Source: Promethearchaeota archaeon
Lineage (GTDB): Archaea > Asgardarchaeota > Lokiarchaeia > Sigyniarchaeales > SOKP01
Length of the DNA stretch: 64,000 bases
Assembly (NCBI GenBank): GCA_016839555.1
Contig: JAEOUA010000001.1
Location: 192,001-256,000, forward strand
Reading direction: 5' to 3'
This document shows positions 1-8,841 of the stretch, piece after piece (the stretch's first letter is position 1; each line of letters starts with the position of its first letter). Both the position numbers and the translations under genes were made by a program. Below the pieces are notes generated by a model. The model saw only the letters and a list, made by a program, of their open reading frames with translations, searched no databases and had not been told where the DNA came from.

Positions 1-553
1 CTAAATCTCCTGGGATTAAAATCTTTTTGTTAGGTTCATAATAAACGATGGACCCTTCAGAATGCCCGGGGGTATGAAAAATCTGAAATTTAAAGTTTGA
101 AGCAATGTTAACGGTGTCAGAAGGAGTTAATTCAATCACATTAAGAGGTTTAATATCCACACCAAACATTTCTGGGGTAATACCTAAATTACCCGGAAAA
201 ATCTTATTTCTTTTTCCTTCTTGTAAAATCTTTGCCGTTACAGTATAAGCAAAAATCTCAGGAGGGTCATTTTTCAATATTTCCATTAATGGATATAACC
301 CAAGCACATGGTCTATATGCTCATGAGTTAAATATATTTTTGTGATATTTTCATAGGAAAATCCTAATTTTTTCATCCCTTCAAATAAACTATTAAGAGA
401 TTTACCGTTTCCTGCATCAAAGAGAATTAATTCATCATTTTGCGTATCGTGCATTAAATATTGATTACAATCTAACATTTGATTTTCTGAAAAATAATAT
501 AAATCCTTAGTGACTTCTTTACCAGTTTTAGTTGATTGTCCAATGAAAAACAT
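1..553 (-). CDS. MBL-fold metallo-hydrolase (runs off the window start)
   Basis: Manual translation from ATG at 553: MFFIGQSTK...LFDAG...LTHEHIDHVLG...HTPGHSEGS...IPGDL. Contains the HxHxDH, H and GD motifs of the metallo-beta-lactamase fold. Not in the supplied ORF track because it is truncated. Confidence 0.85.
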   Translation of the reverse strand, partial: MFFIGQSTKTGKEVTKDLYYFSENQMLDCNQYLMHDTQNDELILFDAGNGKSLNSLFEGMKKLGFSYENITKIYLTHEHIDHVLGLYPLMEILKNDPPEIFAYTVTAKILQEGKRNKIFPGNLGITPEMFGVDIKPLNVIELTPSDTVNIASNFKFQIFHTPGHSEGSIVYYEPNKKILIPGDL

Positions 554-623
554 GTTTGATTTTAAGACCCATACATTTACAATAAATATTAATAATGTAA
601 AAGTGTATTCATTTTAATTTTTT

Positions 624-634
624 ATCGTTATATA
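624..634 (+). promoter_or_regulatory. Possible ModE-type operator half-site (ATCGTTATATA) overlapping a TATA-like region
   Basis: Matches one half of the bacterial ModE palindrome (ATCGNTATATA-N6-TATATANCGAT), 40 bp upstream of a ModE-like gene. The second half is poor and the background is AT-rich. Confidence 0.25.
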
Positions 635-673
635 TTATATAATTATAAATAATACTACAATATTTTACATTAT

Positions 674-1039
674 ATGAAGAATTTTCATGAAATCGAGAAT
701 CAGAAGAAAAAGATTGGCTATGGGGTAAAAATTTGGCTTACATTTGAAGGAAAAAGTGTTTTAGGCGCTGGATGGGCGAAATTATTGGAAATAATTGATA
801 AAGAAGAAATAGGTTCTCTAACGCAGGCCGCTAAGGAATGTAATTATTCATATAAGTATGCATGGAATATATTGAAAAGAATTGAGGAGAGGACAAATAT
901 TCCCCCCGCAATAACAAGTAAAGGCGGAAAAGGAGGTGGGGGATGGGTAAAACTTTCAGATTGGGGACTTTTACTATTACATAAATATAAAACACTAGCC
1001 CAAGAAATAGAAACCTTAAAAAAGCGATTATCAATTTAA
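674..1039 (+). CDS. ModE-family winged-helix transcriptional regulator (DNA-binding domain only)
   Basis: KIWL...LGAG..KLLE.I...GSLTQAAKECNYSYKYAWNIL...GGKGGGG is the ModE N-terminal signature. No TOBE/molybdate-binding domain. Confidence 0.85.
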   Translation: MKNFHEIENQKKKIGYGVKIWLTFEGKSVLGAGWAKLLEIIDKEEIGSLTQAAKECNYSYKYAWNILKRIEERTNIPPAITSKGGKGGGGWVKLSDWGLLLLHKYKTLAQEIETLKKRLSI

Positions 1040-1229
1040 AAAACGAAAGTTAAATAGGAACAATACATAATGTTTTTTAGATCTAAAAAAGAGCAACTGC
1101 TAATAATAAATAATATAAAGCAATAATATAGTGGTTAAGGTAAAATAATATTTAATTAAAATAATTCTTATTATTATTATATTATTTAATGACTTTACTA
1201 ATAATTACAAATTATAAGGATTCATATAA

Positions 1230-2732
1230 ATGTCAAAACCTCCCCAAGGCGCTCCGATAATTCTGGATATTGGTTCAGGATATGTAAAGGCAGGATTTGC
1301 TGGTGAACCAAATCCAAGTCATATCTTTCCTTGTATCACAGGAAAGAGAAAATATAAATCGGTGATGGTCGACGCTGGAACGCAAATGCATGATATATAT
1401 GTAGGTGATGCGGCTATGAAACTAAGAGGTGTTTTAAACCTAAATCATCCAATTCAGAGAGGCATAATAACTAGTTGGGAGGATTATTATGAGATCCTTA
1501 ATCATGTATTTTATACCCTTTTAAGGATTGAGAACCCACAAAATCATCCTATTATATATGTAGAATCCGTGTCCGAACAAAAAGATATTCGAGAATATAT
1601 AGCAAGAGTTCTATTCGAAACCCATCAATTCCATAGCATAATTATGATTCCGAGTCCCCTCCTTTCTTGTTTTTCCGTGGGATTAACCACAGCTCTTGTG
1701 ATTGAGAGTGGAGTTGGGATTACATGGATAGTACCTATCATAAATGGGCAAATAATATATAGAGCGATTCAGAGGTTGGAGCTTGCGGGGATTGATATAA
1801 ATCATAATTTAGAATTACTTCTCATGCGTGAGGGAATAAGTTTAAGCTCCTCAGCATCAAGTGAAATTTTAAGACAAATAAAAGAAGAAAATTGCTATTT
1901 CGCATTGGATCCAGATAATCCTAATAAAACGATTGAAAAAGTAAAATATCCCTTACCAGATGGATCAATGATGGAAATCGCTCCACATATCTTATATCAA
2001 GCACCAGAAGTGATATTTGACCCTTCTATGATCGGTTCAAATTCACCAAATTTACCCGAAGCTATAATAAAATGTTTGAATTCGATAGATAAATCTTATT
2101 GGGGAGATTTATTAACACATATCATATTGTCAGGCGGTAATTTTCTTCAAAATGGATTTAAGGAAAGATTAGAATTGGAATTAAATTCTCAGATCTCTCA
2201 ATATGGACCTATACCTAAACCTCACAAAATTGAAACAGAAAGACAAGTGAAGACTCTTCAACCAGTGAAAAGCACTAAAAAGTTTCATGATACCTGTCCA
2301 AAATGTGGAAGGATTGTAGATCTCTCAGATGGAAAAATAGAATGTCCTGAATGCGGAGCTTCTCTGCAAATCACTCAAATCGATATTGAAATTAAAAATT
2401 TAGCCCCATTAAAGTGTCCTTTATGTAATAAGGAAATAGATGATAAAACATCACTTTTTTGCCCATATTGTGGACATAAACTAGCAAAAGATAGACCAGA
2501 AGTGCTCTCATCATCTGATAAAGTTCCAGAAATTCTTGAATATTTTGAATCCTCTTCAAAAATATTACATTTTTTCTTACCAGATAATTTACAAACAGCT
2601 ATTTTTAAGGGTGCTTCAATTTTAGGCAGTTTGCCTTCCTTCGATCAAATTTTTATTACTCACGCACAATATCAACAGAATAGAGAAATATTATCACGGG
2701 ATATCAGCGAAATATTTTCTTTACATTTTTAA
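1230..2732 (+). CDS. Actin-related protein with inserted double zinc ribbon
   Basis: ILDIGSGYVKAGFAGE (phosphate-1), HPIQRGIITSWED, VIESGVG (phosphate-2), LSGG (adenosine), AIFKGASILGSL. Insert carries four CxxC pairs. Confidence 0.93.
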   Translation: MSKPPQGAPIILDIGSGYVKAGFAGEPNPSHIFPCITGKRKYKSVMVDAGTQMHDIYVGDAAMKLRGVLNLNHPIQRGIITSWEDYYEILNHVFYTLLRIENPQNHPIIYVESVSEQKDIREYIARVLFETHQFHSIIMIPSPLLSCFSVGLTTALVIESGVGITWIVPIINGQIIYRAIQRLELAGIDINHNLELLLMREGISLSSSASSEILRQIKEENCYFALDPDNPNKTIEKVKYPLPDGSMMEIAPHILYQAPEVIFDPSMIGSNSPNLPEAIIKCLNSIDKSYWGDLLTHIILSGGNFLQNGFKERLELELNSQISQYGPIPKPHKIETERQVKTLQPVKSTKKFHDTCPKCGRIVDLSDGKIECPECGASLQITQIDIEIKNLAPLKCPLCNKEIDDKTSLFCPYCGHKLAKDRPEVLSSSDKVPEILEYFESSSKILHFFLPDNLQTAIFKGASILGSLPSFDQIFITHAQYQQNREILSRDISEIFSLHF

Positions 2733-2961
2733 TATATTCTCAATAAATTTTATAAATATATGCCAATTGCAGATTTATCCCATAAACATTCTATAATATA
2801 CTTTTAAATATATAAATATAATGGGTTTAATCTTCATTCAAAGTTATCCTATAAAATTCTATTTCAATCATAATAATATATTCAAACTTTGCTTGAATAC
2901 TTTACTAAGTTTTAATTCTAATGTTTTTATATTTTTAAACTTCGAAATATAATATTATAAT

Positions 2962-4353
2962 ATGTCTCGAAAAAAATCTGATGAAATTGGTTTAGAGACT
3001 ACTTTTGGAACACGTGTTGCTTATGCGAATGGAACTTTGGCAGACAATCTTTCTTTGCAGAATTTTTTATTTCTTGGATTCACATTCTATTATACAGTTA
3101 TCGGACTTAATGTTGTTTGGTACGCTCTGGCATTCATTATTTATTCAATCTGGGATGCCATCGATGATCCTATAATTGGGGTGTTATCAGATCGAACTAA
3201 AACAAAATGGGGAAGAAGAAAACCGTGGATTTATCTTTCAGCAATCCCGCTTTGCATATTGATGGTATTAATTTGGACACCACCAACCCTGAATGAATTC
3301 TTTACATTCTTATATTTAACCATAATTCTAATAGTGTTTGATTTAATATTTACAACCTACACAGTAAATTTCAATGGTTTATGGCCTGAAATGTTTCTTA
3401 CAGTAGAAGATAGAAGTTCACTGGGGATTTGGAGAAGCATTTTCACCATTTTAGGAGTTGGACTCGCATTTTTACTCCCCGAAATTGTGATTGGAGATCT
3501 TGTAGCTGCAGATCCTGGAGGATATGTAATAAATGGAATTATTGCAGCAATAATAGTAGGTGCAACAATTGCAATCATGATAAAGTTTGGATGTTTTGAA
3601 AGGAAAGAATTTTCTAAGGATGTGGAAGGTGCTCCAAGTTGGAAAGAATCGTATAGAATAACTTTTAAAAATAAGGCATTTATGATATACTGTGTTATAG
3701 CACTTGCTATCTTTATTGTTTATGGTATCCTTCCCACCGTTCTCCCGCTCTATGCTAAACATATACTTGGTTCAGAGGATCCTGGTTTAATTCTCCTTAT
3801 TGGTTTATTGGTTTCCGCAGCCTCAACACCCTTATGGATGTATTTAAGAAAGAAATTAGGGGTAAGGATATCTTATATAATTTCAGCGTCGTTCTGGGCT
3901 GCATCGTTATTATTATACCTTTTAGCTTTTAATGAATTAACAGGTTATATCTTCATCATTTTTATCGGCATCGGTTTAGGAGGCTCTCTCTATATTTACG
4001 ATCAAGGTATAGCAGAATTAATTGATGACGATGAACTTCGTTCTGGGATTAGTGTTAGAAGAGAAGGTGCTTATTACGGGGTAGTTGCATTATTTAATAG
4101 ATTATCTGGAGCAATTAATTTGATTGTCCTTTCTATTGTGTTTGCAGGTGCAGGCTGGGGGGATTATGAGCTTGCGGATCCTGCTCAGGCGCCTATTATT
4201 CTCCCAATAGTTCAGATTTTCTGGCCAGTCTTCATATTAATAATAGCCGTGATTCTTTTATATTTCTATCCATTAACCAAAGAGAGAGTTGAAGAAAATG
4301 AAAGATTGAAGAAGCAATTACATGATAAAAAAAGAAAAGAAGTTTCTATATAA
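2962..4353 (+). CDS. MFS transporter, glycoside-pentoside-hexuronide (MelB/MFS_2) family
   Basis: WDAIDDPIIGVLSDRTKTKWGRRKPW and RREGAYYG motifs; about 12 hydrophobic segments. Confidence 0.9.
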   Translation: MSRKKSDEIGLETTFGTRVAYANGTLADNLSLQNFLFLGFTFYYTVIGLNVVWYALAFIIYSIWDAIDDPIIGVLSDRTKTKWGRRKPWIYLSAIPLCILMVLIWTPPTLNEFFTFLYLTIILIVFDLIFTTYTVNFNGLWPEMFLTVEDRSSLGIWRSIFTILGVGLAFLLPEIVIGDLVAADPGGYVINGIIAAIIVGATIAIMIKFGCFERKEFSKDVEGAPSWKESYRITFKNKAFMIYCVIALAIFIVYGILPTVLPLYAKHILGSEDPGLILLIGLLVSAASTPLWMYLRKKLGVRISYIISASFWAASLLLYLLAFNELTGYIFIIFIGIGLGGSLYIYDQGIAELIDDDELRSGISVRREGAYYGVVALFNRLSGAINLIVLSIVFAGAGWGDYELADPAQAPIILPIVQIFWPVFILIIAVILLYFYPLTKERVEENERLKKQLHDKKRKEVSI

Positions 4354-4462
4354 TAATAACTAATTTTTTTTCAATTTTTATTCTATTTAATAGATTTTAT
4401 AGATTTTAGAACTAAGAAATTTAGAAAAATAAAATGAAAAATGATGATAGAGTGAGTAATGA

Positions 4463-6433
4463 ATGAGATTAAAATGTGGAGCAGCAAAAGCAAAAATCAA
4501 TCCTCCTGAAGAGGTAGGAGATACTTATATTGCGGGATATCTAACTATGATGGCTCCAAAAATAAAAGATATCCATGATTCCCTTTTTGCTCGAGTGATT
4601 GTTTTATCCGAAGGAAATAATAAAATTGCATTAGTTTCATTAGAACTCATTGGTCTGTTTGCGGATGTTATTGAAAAAGTGAAAGATAGATTATCTGCAT
4701 ATGGTTTTCCGTATAAAAATGTGTACATCTTCTCAACTCATACCCATGCTGGACCAGATACAATGGGTTTATGGGGGCCAATAATAGGAAAATCTGGAAT
4801 TAATAAGAAATATATGATATTTCTTATAGATACTATTATTCAATTAGTTCTGGAAGCAGAGAAGAAGTTGGAGGAAGTTGATGTATATTTCTCAAAATCT
4901 GAACTGCCAGAATTAATTGAGAATTATCGAATAAATGCAATGGTGAATGGAAGTCTTAAATTTGTAAAATTTCTTTCAAATGATAAATTAATTGCGAGTC
5001 TTTGGTCTTATACTGCTCAACCCGAAATTACAACACGAGAAAATCTTTCCATCTCAGGAGATTATCCAGGGTTAGTTTCAAGAATGATTGAAGAAAATTA
5101 TGGAGGAACATCATTATTTGCCCTAGGATTATGTGGTGCTCAGTCTCCAATCTATTGTGAACAAGGATATGATAAGATGGAAATTTTTGCTAAGGAAATA
5201 TTTTCTAAAATCAAATTAATTTACGATAATCATAAGAAAATCAATATATCACCTATAGAGATACGATTTAGAAAAATTAAATTAAAATTAGAAAACCCCG
5301 ACTTCCAATTATTATATACCTTAGGAATTTTCGATAGAGAGTATGAAAATGAAAAAATTGTAAGTTCTGTCAGTAAAGTTAGAATAGGCGATCTTGATTT
5401 AATTAATATCCCAGGAGAACCGTTTCCAGATCTTCTTTCAGATATCTTAAATAAGCAAAAAGATATAGAAACTATTATTTTTAGTAATTCCAATGATTCA
5501 TTAGGTTATTTTATTCCTTTAAATCGATGGTCTTTAAAACCTCAAGTGTGGGTTGATTATATAGAAAATGGCAAATTCATTGGCCATGAAACAGAGTCAA
5601 TTGGTGTAGAAGCGGGACAAATTATTAGGAAGACTATAAAAGATTTATTTATCTATAAAACTGTATTAGCTATTGGCCCTCATGCTGATGATTTAACCAT
5701 TTGGGCAGGAGGGACTTTAAAAAAATTATCATCAGAGGGAAATGAATTAATTTGTATAAGAATTACCGATGATTACGCCGATTGTGTGGGATTAACCAAG
5801 GAAAAAGGGATAAAAAGAAACAGAAAAGAAGTCGAAAAAGCATATAGGACTTTAGGAGCAAAGGAAATTATCCATCTTGACTATCCAACAGATACATTAT
5901 CAACAGCAGATTATCATGAATTAAGAGGTAAATTAGTACGCTTAATGAGAAAATACAAACCGAATCTAGTCGTGTCTTTCGATTTGAATGGAACTGATGA
6001 GGAAAATATGGATCATATAATTACCGCTCGAGCTGTTAATGAAGCTTGTTGGCAAAGTTCTTTTGATCTATTCTATACTGAACATTTTGAAGAGGGATTA
6101 GAAATTCATACAGTTGGAGAACGATATTTATTTGCCAGAAATCCAACAGTGTTAAATTTCTATGTTGATATTTCAGATTATATCGAAGACAAAATAAATG
6201 CTATCAATCATCAAAAAACTGTAATGGAGAATTGGTTTCACCAGAATAAATTATTAGCAAGAGCGAATAATTTATATGTTGAGTTATTGGAAGAAGATGT
6301 ACCAAATGCTATCAGAGTGACTTTACTTGTCAAATTAGTGTATGGAGAGATGGGAGAAAAGTATGGTGTGAAATATGCCGAAGAATTTAATAGAATTGAT
6401 GCAGGAATGCTAAAAGATTTAGCAGAGGAATAA
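4463..6433 (+). CDS. Fusion of neutral/alkaline ceramidase-like amidohydrolase and PIG-L family deacetylase
   Basis: N-part has HDSLFAR, STHTHAGPD, ISGDYPG and PGEPF (ceramidase family). From about residue 400: AIGPHADD...GGTL...DH...YAEEF (PIG-L/MshB/LmbE). Confidence 0.85.
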   Translation: MRLKCGAAKAKINPPEEVGDTYIAGYLTMMAPKIKDIHDSLFARVIVLSEGNNKIALVSLELIGLFADVIEKVKDRLSAYGFPYKNVYIFSTHTHAGPDTMGLWGPIIGKSGINKKYMIFLIDTIIQLVLEAEKKLEEVDVYFSKSELPELIENYRINAMVNGSLKFVKFLSNDKLIASLWSYTAQPEITTRENLSISGDYPGLVSRMIEENYGGTSLFALGLCGAQSPIYCEQGYDKMEIFAKEIFSKIKLIYDNHKKINISPIEIRFRKIKLKLENPDFQLLYTLGIFDREYENEKIVSSVSKVRIGDLDLINIPGEPFPDLLSDILNKQKDIETIIFSNSNDSLGYFIPLNRWSLKPQVWVDYIENGKFIGHETESIGVEAGQIIRKTIKDLFIYKTVLAIGPHADDLTIWAGGTLKKLSSEGNELICIRITDDYADCVGLTKEKGIKRNRKEVEKAYRTLGAKEIIHLDYPTDTLSTADYHELRGKLVRLMRKYKPNLVVSFDLNGTDEENMDHIITARAVNEACWQSSFDLFYTEHFEEGLEIHTVGERYLFARNPTVLNFYVDISDYIEDKINAINHQKTVMENWFHQNKLLARANNLYVELLEEDVPNAIRVTLLVKLVYGEMGEKYGVKYAEEFNRIDAGMLKDLAEE

Positions 6434-6477
6434 TATCAGAACTATATATATAAAATTTTTATTTATTTTTTTTATTA

Positions 6478-7521
6478 TTATACTGATTTTATAAATTGAA
6501 TAATTTTTTTTATCTTATTCTGATTTAGGTTCAATCTAGGAGAGTTATAAATCGAATACATTAAATTTTCTTGCCTAACATAATCTTGGATTTTTTTAAA
6601 AGATTTTTTTAAAATTTCAGATGAAATTTCAAGAGATTTTGGAGATATATCCAAGTTAATGTCATTAAAAAATTCTAGAATTTCTTCAATAGAAAATTCA
6701 GCAATATCTTCTTGTAAATAGAGACTGATTAAAATATTCATTCCAATGATTTGGCCATGAATATAATGAGAATGTGTAATAGATTCGATACAATATGCTA
6801 GAAAATGCTCGCTCCCTTCTTCAGGCCTTGCATTTCCCCATTTATTACATAAAGTTACTTCTCGAAAAAATCCTTCAACCAACGCTTTTATTCCTTTATC
6901 ATTAACATCTCTAATATCATTTTTTGATTTCATTAGGTCTTTTGCAATAGTTTTTGCTTGATCAAAAGTATCTTTATCAAATCTTTCATGATTTTCTTTA
7001 TAGGCCAATTTCCAATCCCCCAGAGCAGAAGTTATAGATATCGTATCTGAAACACCTGCTCTATTTAAATATTTGGGGGCCTGCTTTATAAGATCATAAT
7101 CAATTATGATTTTTTTGGGAGAGCTTTCTCCAATATAATTAACGTTATTGTCATATCTCACTGCAATTGAAGAACATAAAAACGCATCCACAGAGATGAT
7201 TGAAGGAACTAATATTAAATCTAATTCAAGTCCAACTTCTTCTTTTAATTTCCATGATAAATATTTAGCGGTATCACAAGAAGTACCCCCTCCTATTCCG
7301 ACAATAGTATAAGAATCATTAAACAAATCTTTTAAGCTGAGATAGAGTTCTCTGAGATGTTTAATATCCATAGAATTATTAAAGCTAACTTTTAAGGGAA
7401 TATTACTAATTTTTGGCTTTAGGATATCCCAAGGTTCCTTCATAGTGACTATTAAACACTTATCTAATGCATTTAATGTCTCTACTGCAATCCCTTTTCC
7501 ATAAATAGGTTTGATAACCAT
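6478..7521 (-). CDS. Glycerol-1-phosphate dehydrogenase-like protein (DHQ synthase / Fe-ADH superfamily)
   Basis: GIGGGTSCDTAK, VPSIISVDA, AGVSD, GSEHFLAY, HGQIIG resemble EgsA/AraM motifs. Confidence 0.75.
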   Translation of the reverse strand: MVIKPIYGKGIAVETLNALDKCLIVTMKEPWDILKPKISNIPLKVSFNNSMDIKHLRELYLSLKDLFNDSYTIVGIGGGTSCDTAKYLSWKLKEEVGLELDLILVPSIISVDAFLCSSIAVRYDNNVNYIGESSPKKIIIDYDLIKQAPKYLNRAGVSDTISITSALGDWKLAYKENHERFDKDTFDQAKTIAKDLMKSKNDIRDVNDKGIKALVEGFFREVTLCNKWGNARPEEGSEHFLAYCIESITHSHYIHGQIIGMNILISLYLQEDIAEFSIEEILEFFNDINLDISPKSLEISSEILKKSFKKIQDYVRQENLMYSIYNSPRLNLNQNKIKKIIQFIKSV

Positions 7522-7711
7522 ACTTAAATAAAATTTTAGTAATTACTAAGTTCTTTCATTCTTTAAATGTTTAAATGATTTCTTATTCAAAAAAATTAAT
7601 TTGTATTTTTTAGTTATAAATACTAATTTATAAAGAATTAAATGAGTAAATGAAGAATTAATTATTAAAAGTTCATAGCAATTTTAAAATTAAATTTTAA
7701 ATGTGATTTAA

Positions 7712-8758
7712 ATGAAAAATATTAAGGTTGGAATCATAGGCTCTGGATTCATAGCCGAACATCATTGTTATGGATATTCTCTTTTACCAAATGTTGAAAT
7801 AATTGGAGTTTCAGCCTTACATAAAGAAAATCCATTGAAATTAATAAAAAAATTTGACTTAAAATGTGAGTGGTATAAAGATTATCATGAATTATTAAAG
7901 CAGAACTGCGATGTGGTTTCGATTTGCTTACCAAATTATATACATAAAAAAGCTACTATTGACAGTTTACATTCAGGAGCCCATGTGCTTATAGAGAAGC
8001 CTTTAGCTAGAAATCCAGAAGAGGGAATTGAAATGATAGAAGCAGAAAAATCTTCTAATCGTCGAATTTTCTATTGTGAAAATAATATGTATGCCCCCTC
8101 TTTTATTAAAGCCAAAGAAATTATTTCTGAAGGAGCTCTTGGTAATATTTATATGGCAAGAGGAAAAGAACAACATTCAGGTCCGCATTCTGCCTGGTTT
8201 TACAAAAAAGAAAAAGCTGGTGGAGGTGCATTAATAGATTTAGGAATTCATGATATTGCCTGTTTGGTATGGTATTTAGATTGTGAGGTTCTTGAAGTCT
8301 TTTGTCAAACTAGAACTCTAAAGACTGAAAGAGAAAAATTCGGAAAGTGTGAAGTCGAAGATAATGCAGTAGGGATTTTATTATTTGAAAATGATGCTCA
8401 AGTTATTATTGAGGAATCATGGACTGCTCCTGGAGGATATGATATGAGATTCGAAATATTTGGCGAGCAAGGACAAATTAAAGTGTCGCCCACATTTAGT
8501 AATTTAATTAATGTCTACAGTAGGAATGGTTATGGATATGCTCTCGAAAAAGCAGAATCCACTCAAGGGTGGACATTTCCCGTTCCCGCCGAAGCTTGGA
8601 ATTTTGGATATCCACAAGAGATACAGCATTTTATGGATTGCATTATTAATGATAAAAAAACTATAACAAATGGGGAATATGGATTAAAAATTTTAAAAAT
8701 AGTTGATGCAATGTATAAAAGTTCAAGATCAGAAAAACTTGAATCTGTAATCTATTAA
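7712..8758 (+). CDS. Gfo/Idh/MocA family oxidoreductase
   Basis: GIIGSGFIA, CLPNYIH, IEKPLA, GGGALIDLGIHDI. Confidence 0.92.
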   Translation: MKNIKVGIIGSGFIAEHHCYGYSLLPNVEIIGVSALHKENPLKLIKKFDLKCEWYKDYHELLKQNCDVVSICLPNYIHKKATIDSLHSGAHVLIEKPLARNPEEGIEMIEAEKSSNRRIFYCENNMYAPSFIKAKEIISEGALGNIYMARGKEQHSGPHSAWFYKKEKAGGGALIDLGIHDIACLVWYLDCEVLEVFCQTRTLKTEREKFGKCEVEDNAVGILLFENDAQVIIEESWTAPGGYDMRFEIFGEQGQIKVSPTFSNLINVYSRNGYGYALEKAESTQGWTFPVPAEAWNFGYPQEIQHFMDCIINDKKTITNGEYGLKILKIVDAMYKSSRSEKLESVIY

Positions 8759-8841
8759 AACAATTTTAAGAGTTTTATTTAACTTCTTTATTTCTTTTTA
8801 GAACTGTTTATATGTAGTTAAAAAAGATATTTCGATTAGCA

